A DNA stretch of 64,000 bases from an uncultured Acidobacteriota bacterium (GTDB lineage: Bacteria; Acidobacteriota; Vicinamibacteria; Vicinamibacterales; UBA2999): contig CAVSPI010000001.1 in assembly GCA_963729975.1 (NCBI GenBank), positions 2,766,625 through 2,830,624 of the forward strand, read 5' to 3'. This document shows positions 55,000-64,000 of this stretch, piece by piece (position 1 is the first letter of the stretch; every line of letters starts with the position of its first letter). The translations under genes and the position numbers were made by a program. The notes below the pieces were generated by a model, which searched no databases, was not told the origin of the DNA, and saw only the letters and a list, made by a program, of their open reading frames with translations.

Positions 55000-55914
55000 C
55001 AGCGCCCGCCCGCCGCGACGCGCTCGCTGCGCACCATGTCGACGCTGACGTGCAGCGCATGGCTCCCACCCCCGAGAATCACCCCGCGAATCGGACTGAT
55101 GTCGCCGTACTCGCGTCCGCGCGCCAGCGTGACGTGCGCGGTGGTCGGCAGGACGTTGTTGGTCGGATCGGCTTCAATCCACCCGACATCCGGGCAGAAC
55201 ACCGCGACCCAGGCATGCGAGGCGTCGGCGCCAATGCGCCGCGGCCGGCCGGGCGGCGGCTGCGTCTCGAGATAGCCGCTGATGTACCGCGCGGAAAGCC
55301 CGAGCGACCTGAGGCAGGCGATCTCGAGGCCCGCGAAGTCCTGGCACACACCGCGGCGGAGGCGGAACACTTCGGCGACGTTCGTGGCGACGGTCGTCGT
55401 CCCCGGCTCGAAGGTGAACTCTTCGTAGATGCGGCGCGTGAAGTCGCGCAGGGCGTCGAGCAGCGGCCGGCCCGGCGTGAACGACGGCCGCGCGTAATCG
55501 GCAAACTCCGGAGACGCCTGAATCGACGGCGAGTCGTACAGGCAATCGACCGCGTCGATCGGCATCGCCTCGGGGTTCATCGCCTGCTCCCACGCCGGCG
55601 TGTCGTCGTCCTCGAGGATGGGACGCGGCTGAACGCGGACGCGGCTGCGCGCCGTCACGGTCAGGCGGCGGTGGCCGCCCTGCATGGCGAAGAAGGTGGT
55701 CCGGTTGCCGAAATAGTCGAAATGCTCCGCGCGAACGGCCGGCGGCGGCTCGATCTGCAGGCTGCGTTCGAAGCACTGCTGATGCGGCAGCACGCGCGGG
55801 CTCAGGCGGGCCACGTGCTGCGAAACGGAGACGGCGTCGCTGTAGTCGTAGCGGGTCGTGTGCGCGACCTCGTACGTCACCGCCGCGGTGTCAACTGATT
55901 CGCTGTTCGGCATG
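55000..55914 (-). CDS. Transglutaminase-like family protein (Bact_transglu_N plus transglutaminase core), the terminal gene of the ATP-grasp/alpha-E/TGase cluster.
   Basis: MPNSESVDTAAVTYEVAHTTRYDYSDAVSVSQHVARLSP...RGVCQDFAGLEIACLRSLGLSARYISGYL...ASHAWVAVFCPDVGWIEADPTNN is the Cys-His-Asp core. Its ATG at 55912-55914 lies inside the last 8 codons of the upstream gene, a ~23 nt overlap. Confidence 0.85.
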
Positions 55915-58409
55915 GCTGAAGTAGTAGTAGGTGACCGTGTCGGACAACGCGCGCAGATGATCGTCGATCGCGTGCAGCAGTTGCGAGAGCGGATCGTAGG
56001 TACCGTGCGCGTCGGGCTGGCCGAGCGCATCGAGGTCGGCGCTGGCGAGCAGCTCCGCCACCTCCGCCACGTGCCGCTGCTCGCGCGTCGGCGACGGCGC
56101 CGCCTTGTCACGCGGCAGCTGCTCGACATGATCGGTGAGCACCGCGACCTGGAACGCCAGCGAGCGGGCGTTGGTGCCGTCGGCGAGCAGCAGGTCGAGC
56201 ACCGGCGGCAGCTGCGGCTGCGCGAAGTAGCGGCGCCGGTAGGTCATGGCGCTGTCGGCGATGTCGAGCAGCGGGCCGAGCATGGCTGGCGGCGTCGGCA
56301 CCGCGGTCACCGTGGTGTCGAGCAGCCGCGCCATGTTGACCGAGCGCTCCAGCCGGCGGCCGATGTCGAGGAACCGCCAGCCGTGGCCGCGGGTCATGTT
56401 CTCCATCTCCATGCCGCTGAAGGCCGCGAGGTCGGCGATCATCCGGTTCAGGTGCAGCAGCACGTCGTCGAGCTGAATGCGTCCGTGCCGCAGCCGGAAG
56501 TCCTGCCGCAGCTGGTTGAGGATGCGCCAGGTATCGGCCGACAGGCGGTCGCGCACGGCGCTGGCGTTGCGGCGCAGCTCCGCCAGCGTGCGGCGCATCC
56601 CCACCTGGTGGGTGCTCTGCTTGAAGAGCAGCAGCATGAGGTCCTGCTCGAGCTCGCGCAGCGGCATGCGCTTGCGCAGCCGCGCCGGCAGCAGGTCGAG
56701 ATCGACGAGCACGTGCAGCAGCGCCACCAGTTCCGGGGTGTCCTGGTGCGTGTCCTCGTCGGTCAGGCAGGCGACGATCGAGCGCAGCAGGCGAACGGTG
56801 TGTTCGGCGCGCTCGGCATGGCGCCCGAGCCAGAACAGGTTGTCGGCCACGCGGCTGGGCAGGTCGCCGCCGCGGCGCTCACGGCGAATCGTCACCGACG
56901 GCGGGGCGAGCAGCGAGACGGCGCTGACCGGACCGTCCGACATCACCCACGTATCCTTGCTGCCGCCGCCGCGCTGCATCGAGACGATCGGCACGTCGCC
57001 GTCGCCGGCGACGCGCGTCAGGCCGCCCGGCATCACCACGAAGGAGTCGCCAGCCGCGGCCACGTAGACGCGCAGCACCAGCGGGCGCGGCTCCATGCGC
57101 TGCGCGAACCAGACCGGCGCGCGTGACAGCCGCACTTCCTCCTGCCCGACGAAGTCATCCGGCCTGGCGCGAATCTCGTCGGCGAGGGCGGCGCGCTGGC
57201 CGGCGGTCGCGATGCGCCCGAACACCGGCTGCCCGGTGAGCGACGGGAACGTCCGCTTGATGACGAGCCGCTCGAGGTTGCCCAGCACGTACTCGCGCTC
57301 CGCCGGATCGCCGCACCAGTGCACCGGCACCGACGGCAGCTTCAGCTCCTCGCCGAGCAGATCGCGGCAGAGCGCCGGCAGGAACGGCGCATACGCCGGC
57401 GACTCGACGACGCCGGAGCCGAGCGCGTTGGCGATCGCCACGTTGCCGCAGCGCGCGGCTTCGACCAGGCCGGGCACGCCCAGCGTCGAATCGCCGCGCA
57501 GTTCCAGCGGATCGCAGAAACTGTCGTCGAGACGGCGCAGGATCACGTCCACCGGACGCAGGCCGTCGAGCGTCTTGATGAACACGCGGCGGTCGCGGAC
57601 CGTGAGGTCGCCGCCCTCGACCAGGGTGAAGCCGAGATAGCGCGCCAGGTACGCGTGCTCGAAGTAGGTCTCGTTGAGCGGTCCGGGCGTCAGCAGCACG
57701 ACGCGCGGTGTGTCGCGCGGCGCCAGCCCGATCAGCGTGTCGCGCTGCGCGCGGAAGAACGGCGCCAGCCGCTGCACCTGGCAGTCGCGGAACGCTTCCG
57801 GCAGGCTGCGCGACAGCACGATGCGGTTCTCGAGCGCGTAGCCGGCGCCCGAGGGCGCCTGCGTGCGATCGCCGAGCACCGCCCATTCGCCGTCCGGCGA
57901 GCGCGCCAGGTCGACCGCGTGCAGGTGCAGGTGCAGCCCCTTCGGGACGGGAATGCCGTGGCAGGGCCGCAGGAACGCCGGATTGCCGAGGACGAGCGCT
58001 GCCGGCAGCCGCCGCTCACGCACCAGCCGCTGCGGGCCGTAGAGGTCCGCGAGCACCGCATTGAGCAGCCGCGTGCGCTGCAGCAGCGCCGCCTCGAGAC
58101 GGCTCCATTCCTCGGGCGGAATGAGGAGCGGCATCATGTCGAGCGTCCACGGGCGGTCGACGCCCTGCGGATCGCCGTAGACGTTGTAGGTGACGCCGTT
58201 GTCGCGGATGGTGCGCTTGGCGTTCTCCCAGCGCGAGACGAGCTCGTGCCGGCCGAGCCCCTCGATCGAGCCGACGAACCGGTCGCAGTGCGGCCTACGG
58301 CTCCGTTTGCGCCGAGCATTTCGTCGAAGACCTTGGCGTCCGGCCGGTAGTCGTCGAGAAAGCGCCACGGTGTGGTCGATCCGGGAGGCTGTGTCGCAGA
58401 AGGTTGCAT
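55892..58409 (-). CDS. Fused circularly-permuted ATP-grasp plus alpha-E domain protein (M. tuberculosis Rv2567-like), with one apparent frameshift near 58300 at the 5' end.
   Basis: True N-terminus in frame 58134..60125: MQPSATQPPGSTTPWRFLDDYRPDAKVFDEMLGANG. After the shift it continues in frame 55891..58368: RPHCDRFVGSIEGLGRHELVSRWENAKRTIRDNGVTYNVYGDPQGVDRPWTLDMMPLLI...VVLLTPGPLNETYFEHAYLARYLGFTLVEGGDLTVRDRRVFIKTLDGLRPVDVILRRLDDSFCDPLEL...VAIANALGSGVVESPAYAPFLP...[12 protein letters not shown] (ATP-grasp). Alpha-E domain: ...ADNLFWLGRHAERAEHTVRLLRS. ATG 58409 sits 1 nt after the TGA of the upstream DUF2126 gene. Confidence 0.85.
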
Positions 58410-58410
58410 C

Positions 58411-61400
58411 TCAGACGGTGCCGAGCACGCTCGACTCCACTCCGTGACGGGGAGGGCGCCGCAGGTCGAGCGTGAACGGAAAGTCCGGGTTCCGTTCTTC
58501 GGGTGGAGCCGCCGTGGCTCCGGGCGTATGGCCGAGCGGAGAACCGCGCCAGCCGCCGGCTTTCGGCCTCGTAGGCGTTCACCGGGAACGTCTCGTAGCT
58601 GCGCCCGCCGGGATGCGCGACATGATAGGTGCAGCCGCCGATCGCGCGCTCGTTCCAGTCGATCGAGCAGGTCGAACACCAGCGGCGCATGCACCGGCGA
58701 TCGTCGGGTGCAGACAGCACGGCGGCTGCCAGGCGCGGTAGCGCACGCCGGCCACGAACTCGCCGGCCGTCCCGGTCGGATGCAGCGGCACGCGCCGGCC
58801 GTTGCAGGCGACGACGTGCCGCGGCGCCGGTCAGCCCGCGCACCTTCACCTGCAGGCGCTCGACCGACGAATCGACGTAGCGCGACCGTGCCGCCGCCGC
58901 CGGCTCTTCGCCGAGCACGTGCCACGGCTCGATCGCCTGCCGCAGCTCGAGCTCGACGCCGCGCTGCGCGACGCGCGCCGCAGCGCGGGAAGCGGAACTC
59001 GAAGTGCGGCGCGAACCAGTCGGGCTCGAATCGGATAGCCGCGCTGCGCGCAGATCCGCGAGCACGTCGTCGAAGTCCTGCGCGACGAAGTGCGGCAGCA
59101 GGAAGCGGTCGTGCAGCTCGGTGCCCCAGCGCACCAGCGGCTCGTCGTACGGCGCTCGCCAGAACCGCGGCGAGCAGCGCGCGCAGCAGCAGCTGCTGCG
59201 TCAGGCTCATGCGCGCGTGCGGCGGCATTTCGAAGGCGCGCAACTCGACCAGCCCCAGCCGGCCCGGTGCTCGCTGTCGGGCGAGTACAGCTTGTCGATG
59301 CAGAACTCGGCGCGATGCGTGTTGCCGGTGACGTCGACGAGCAGATGGCGGAAGACGCGGTCGACGAGCCACGGCGGCGCAGCTCGGCGCCGTCGGGCAA
59401 TCTGCTGAAGCGCGATTTCGAGTTCGTAGACCGCGTCGTCCCGCGCTTCGTCGACGCGCGGCGCCTGGCTCGTCGGGCCGATGAACAGGCCGGAGAACAG
59501 GTACGACAGCGACGGATGGTTGTGCCAGTAGCGCGACCAGGCTGCGCAGCAGATCGGGCCGCCGCAGGAACGGGCTGTCGGCCGGCGTCGGGCCGCCGAG
59601 CACGACGTGATTGCCGCCGCCGGTGCCGGTGTGGCGGCCGTCGAGCATGAACTTCTCGGTGCCGAGCCGCGTCAGCCGCGCTTCGTCGTAGAGCGTCGGT
59701 CGTGTTGTCGACCAGCTCGTCCCAGCTGTCGCGCCGGCTGCACGTTGACTTCGATCACGCCGGGGTCGGGCGTGACCTTGAGGTGTTGCAGCCGCGGATC
59801 GTGCGGCGGCGGTAGCCTTCGATGATGCACCGGCGATCTGCAGCGCGCGCCGCCGTCTGCTTCGATCGGCGGCGACCAGGTCGAGATAGTCTTCGGCCGA
59901 TGCGCACCGGCGGCATGAAGACGTGCAGCCGGCCCGTCGCGCGGCTCGACGCACAAGCGCCGTGCGCACGACCGGCGCCGACTGGCCGCAGCGGCGGACT
60001 GCTCGGCGCCAGCGGCACGGCCTGCGTCTGCCAGCGCCGTGCGCCGCGATCGCCGGGTCACGCCCGGCCGGCTCGCCGCGAGCGAGCTGCCGACTGCGCC
60101 GCCGGTCGCGCGGCCGCCGCTGCATCGCGATCGGCTGCCGCGACGGCGCGGCAGCGGCGGTCCAGCGGCGCGATCGGATCGGCCTCGTGCAGATACGGAT
60201 CGTGCCGGCGCGCCACCCACGGCAGCGAGTCGAGCGGCAGGCGAAAGCCCATCGGCGAATCGCCCGGCATCAGGAACAGGTGCTCGCGCGCGCAGGAACC
60301 ACGGCCCGCTCGCCAGCGCCGGCGCCGTCCGTTCGCTCGCGCACGCCGCGCTGCAGCGGCAGCACGTAGCCGACGACGTGCCCAGCCCCTGCTCGAAGAC
60401 GCGCGCCAGCCGCTCGCGCTCCTCGGGATTCTTCGAGCTCGGCTGTCGAGCGGATCGACGTTGACCGGCAGCCGGCGCTCCTTCCACAGGTAGTACCAGG
60501 CGTCTTCGTAGGCCGGCATGCACGTGCTCGGGATCGACCCGCAGCCGCTCGCGCCAGCGTCGGCGATGAAGCGCTGCGCCTCGCTCGCGGCCGAAGCCGT
60601 AGTCGTCGTCGCTCGTCGGCGATCGAGTGCGTCGATCGTGCCAGATCGGCTCGCCGTCGCGGCGCCAGTAGCAGCCGAGCGCCCAGCGCGGCAGCGACTC
60701 GCCGGGATACCACTTGCCCTGCCCGAAGTGCAGCAGGCCGCCCGGCGCGAAGCGATCGCTGCAGCCGGCGTGATGCAGCTCGCCGGCCAGCTCGCGCTTG
60801 CGTCGGGCCCAGCGCCGCCGTGTTCCACTCCGCGCCGTCCATGTCGTCGATCGAGACGAACGTCGGCTCGCCGCCCATCGTCAGCCGCACGTCGCCGGCC
60901 GTCGAGCTCCGCGTCGACGCGGTCGCCCGAGCGCGTCGATCGCGTCCCACTGCTCGTCGGTGTACGGCTTGGTGACGCGCGGGATCTTCGTGAATGCGCG
61001 TGACGCGTCATCTCGTGGTCGAACTCGACCTCGGCACTCGTCGACGCGCGCCGGTGACCGGCGCGGCGCCGACGCGGGTCGGGCGTCGCGGCCAGCGGAA
61101 TGTGCCCTTCGCCGGCGAGCAGGCCGGACGTCGGGTCGAGGCCGACCCAGCCGGCGCCGGGCAGGTAGACTTCCGCCCAGGCGTGCAGATCGGTGAAGTC
61201 GACGTCGGCGCCGGCCGGGCCGTCGAGCGACTTCACGTCGGGCGTGAGCTGAATCAGGTAGCCGGAGACGAAGCGCGCCGCCAGCCCCAGGTGGCGCAGC
61301 ATCTGCACCAGCAGCCAGCCGAGTCGCGGCACGAGCCGCTGCCGCGTCGCCGAGCGTCTCTTCGCGGCGTCTGCACGCCCGGCTCCAGGCGGATGACGTA

Positions 61401-61882
61401 GCCGACGTCCTGCTGCAGCGCGGCGGTTCAGCTCGACCAGGAAGTCGATCGTGCGCTGCGGCGTGCGATCGATGCGTGGCGAGAAACTGCGTGCAGACAG
61501 CGGCCCGGCCGGCTGCACTTCGCAGATACGGCGCCAGCTCCTTGCGCAGCAGCGGCGTCGTAGTCGAACGGAAACTGCTTCGGCGTACGGCTCGAGGAAG
61601 AAGTCGAACGGGTTGATGACCGCCATCTCGGCGACGAGATCGACCTCGACGGCGAGACTCGCGCGTCTGTCTCCGGGAAAGACGAGCGCGCGCCAGGTAG
61701 TTGCCGTGCGGATCCTGCTGCCAGTTGAGGAAGTGCTCGGCCGGCTCGATCCGCAGCGAGTAGCTGAGGATCGGCGTGCGGCGATGCGGCGCCGGACGCA
61801 GCCGGACGACCTGCGGCGACAGCGTGACCGGGCGGTCGTAGCGGTAGACGGTCTTGTGATGGAGCGCGACGCGAATGGCCAT
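58411..61882 (-). pseudogene. Large transglutaminase-family protein with a DUF2126 C-terminal region (M. tuberculosis Rv2566-like, ~1150 aa expected), shattered by at least 10 frameshifts.
   Basis: Recognisable segments in different frames: [65 protein letters not shown]; ...[26 protein letters not shown]; ...[89 protein letters not shown]; [32 protein letters not shown]; MPAYEDAWYYLWKERRLPVNVDPLDSR; [60 protein letters not shown]; RWGTELHDRFLLPHFVAQDFDDVLADL...[40 protein letters not shown]. Confidence 0.7.
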
Positions 61883-61889
61883 GCGGGTA

Positions 61890-62949
61890 TCGTGCGGACG
61901 CGCCGGACGTCCGGTCGGCCGATCGAGGACGGACGCGGCGGCGTCGCGCGCTTTGCGACTGGCTGCGGCGTGCCGGCGGCACCGGCGCCTGGCGGCAAAG
62001 AACGTCTCGTGAATGCCGGCGCTCGACCTGCGTTCATGCTTGCTCTGCAGCTCGTCGAGGTACTCGTGCAAGCCCGCCGTGGATGATGTCGTCGACCGAG
62101 CGTGAAGTCGAGCTCGGCGCAGAGCTGCCCGAGCAGCTGCTCGGCCGCGGTTGCGGAACGTGCCCGGCGGCGTGCCGGTGATCGCGTGCAGCGATTCGCG
62201 GCGCGGCGTCAGGCAGTAGCGCACGGCGCGCGGGAACTCGCGGTCGAGCAGCAGGAACTCGACGACGTCGGTCGGCGCGATGCGGCCGTGCCGCTTGCGG
62301 TACATCTCGAAGCGCGCTGGCCGACCGCAGCACCGCCGCCCACTGGATGTCGTCGAACGGCGTGCCGACGTCGCGCGATCGTCGGCAGCAGCAGGAAGTA
62401 CTTCACGTCGAGAATGCGCGACGTCTTGTCGGCGCGCTCGAGCAGCCGGCCGAGGCGGCAGAAGTGCCAGGCCTCGCCGTGCGACATCGTCGCGTCGGTG
62501 ACGCCCGCGAACAGGTGGCTGCGCCAGCTTGACCTCGGCGAAGAAGTCGTGCGGCGTCGCTCGGGCGTCGTGCCGCGACGCGCCGCGTCTGCGACCATGC
62601 AGGTAGAACTCGTTGACCTGCTCCCACATCTCCGACGAGATGATCTCGCGCACCGTGCGCGCGTTCTCGCGCGCCGACGCGCAGGCACGAGAGGATCGAG
62701 TTCGGGTTCTCGCGGTCGAAGGTGAGGAACTCGATGACGTTGTCGCTGCGTCGGCCGCGCCGTAGCGCTCCTCGAACGCGCTCGTGCGTCGCCGGTGGTG
62801 TCGACGAGCGGCTCCCACTGCTGCGCCGGAGCCGATCGGGCAGGTCGAGCATGCAGGTTCAGGTTGACGTCGATGAAGCGCGCGACGTTCTCGGCGCGCT
62901 CGATGTAGCGGCTCATCCAGTAGATCGAGTCGGCGACGCGGCTCAGCAT
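61890..62949 (-). pseudogene. Stand-alone alpha-E domain protein, multiply frameshifted.
   Basis: [32 protein letters not shown] (N-terminus at 62949); ...[21 protein letters not shown]; ...[25 protein letters not shown]; ...[45 protein letters not shown]; ...[34 protein letters not shown]...[10 protein letters not shown]...IHETFF. All lie in shifting frames. The 3' end is approximate. Confidence 0.65.
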
Positions 62950-64000
62950 CGGTCACGCTGCCCGATTCGCGCTGCGTCGATGACGCGCCGGTCGATGCCA
63001 CGCCGTTCAGCCAGCACCCAGGTGTCCTTGCTGCCGCCGCCCTGCGACGAGTTGACGACCAGCGATCCCTTCTTCAGCGCGACGCGCGTCAGCCCGCCCG
63101 GCAGCACGTAGATGTCTTCGCCGTAGAGGATGTACGGCCGCAGGTCGACGTGCCGGCCTTCGAGGTGGTCGTCGACGATCGTCGGGCACGCGCGACAGCG
63201 CCAGCGTCGGCTGCGCGATGTAGTTGCGCGGGTTCGGCCGCGATCCGCTCGGCGAACTCGTCGCTGCTCCGCCTGCGTCGCGTGCGGCCCGACCAGCATG
63301 CCGTAGCCGCCCGACTCGTTGGCCGCCTTCACGACCAGCTTGTCGAGGTTCTCCAGCACGTGCTGCGCGGTCCTTCTCGTCGCCAGCAGACGATACGTCG
63401 GCACGTTCGGCAGGATGGCGTCTTCGCCGAGGTAGTACTTGATGATCTGCGGCACGTAGGCGTAGACCACCTTGTCGTCGGCGACGCCGGTGCCCGGCGC
63501 GTTGGCCAGCGCCACGCGGCCGGCCGCGGTAGACGTCCATCAGGCCGGGCACGCCGAGCATCGAGTCGGCGCGGAACGCCTCGCGGGTCGAGGAAGTCGT
63601 CGTCGATGCGGCGGTAGATCACGTCGACCCGCTCGAAGCCCTTGCGTCGTCCGCATGCAGACGAAGCCGTCGGCGACGACGAGGTCGCGCCCTTCGACGA
63701 GCTCGACGCCCATCTGCTGCGCCAGGAAGCGAGTGCTCGAAGTAGGCCGAGTTGTAGATGCCCGGCGTGAGCACGACGACACGCGGCGACTCGACGTCGG
63801 CGGCGCCAGGTACTCGCAGCATGTCGCAGCAGCCGGCTCGGGTAGTCGTCGCACCGGGCGGATCCGCGACGCCTCGAACACCTGCGGGAAGGTGCGCTTC
63901 ATCACCTCGCGGTTCTCGAGCACGTAGGACACGCCCGACGGGCAGCGCAGGTTGTCTTCGAGCACGTAGATCTTGCCGTCGCCGTCGCGCACCAGGTCGG
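62943..64000 (-). pseudogene. Stand-alone circularly-permuted ATP-grasp (type 2) protein, 5'-truncated by the window edge and multiply frameshifted.
   Basis: ...[42 protein letters not shown]; ...[20 protein letters not shown]; ...[30 protein letters not shown]; ...[13 protein letters not shown]; [45 protein letters not shown]...[27 protein letters not shown]; ...[72 protein letters not shown]. These lie in several frames. Confidence 0.65.

Noticed and set aside
55050-58350. Plus-strand ORFs (55050..55898, 55858..57126, 57319..58350)
   Set aside because: They are antisense shadows of the transglutaminase and ATP-grasp/alpha-E genes.
1-64000. tRNA, rRNA or other structured RNA genes
   Set aside because: I scanned for T-loop GTTCRANYC in a cloverleaf context and for rRNA-like conserved blocks and found none. 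The only GTTCGAA hit (45770s) lies inside a REP palindrome.

Overview
A 64 kb window from a roughly 70% GC bacterial chromosome. The gene content (several PQQ-dependent dehydrogenases, NHL-repeat and CarbopepD_reg-like secreted proteins, a TonB C-terminal domain protein, an ECF sigma/YciI pair) suggests Acidobacteriota or Gemmatimonadota; this is an inference from content only. In this high-GC background most six-frame ORFs are antisense artefacts. I called genes only where the translated protein showed recognisable family signatures, a signal peptide plus domain logic, or an RBS/start context.

About 65 plausible CDS are listed. They include murI, mutM, yciH and ybaK. There is a PQQ alcohol dehydrogenase with a diheme cytochrome c, two soluble PQQ sugar dehydrogenases, and an MFS transporter translationally coupled to an esterase (TAATG overlap). 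Other families are a pirin, VOC/glyoxalase proteins, an AlkB, an OsmC, a subclass B3 metallo-beta-lactamase, an M28 peptidase, a lytic transglycosylase, a PEBP protein, a hemerythrin and a LigC-type DNA ligase.

Striking points:
1. The 3' 9 kb holds a duplicated circularly-permuted ATP-grasp / alpha-E / transglutaminase (DUF2126) module. It is a conserved but functionally uncharacterised predicted peptide-amidoligase system; the upstream copy is shattered by at least 15 frameshifts.
2. Frameshifts are strongly non-uniform. At least 12 genes are interrupted by indels (13 loci in the second finding), yet amino-acid similarity is intact within each frame segment. These loci are interleaved with multi-kb stretches of intact ORFs. 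This points to either localised assembly or polishing indel errors, or very recent gene decay.
3. A family of REP-like GNRA-tetraloop hairpin repeats, each followed by a CCCTACG tail, occupies at least 9 intergenic sites, one as a 4x tandem 29-mer.
4. A CAATGC heptamer tandem motif occurs in 3 intergenic positions, including a 23 bp inverted pair at a divergent promoter.
5. A YdjG/YdjI-like zinc-ribbon / SPFH stress module sits next to a zinc-ribbon SDR.
6. Several gene remnants (GT39-like, FAD-binding, PPOX-like, alpha/beta-hydrolase) and a 31-aa heptad-repeat small ORF are present.

No tRNA, rRNA, CRISPR array, transposase or integrase was recognised.
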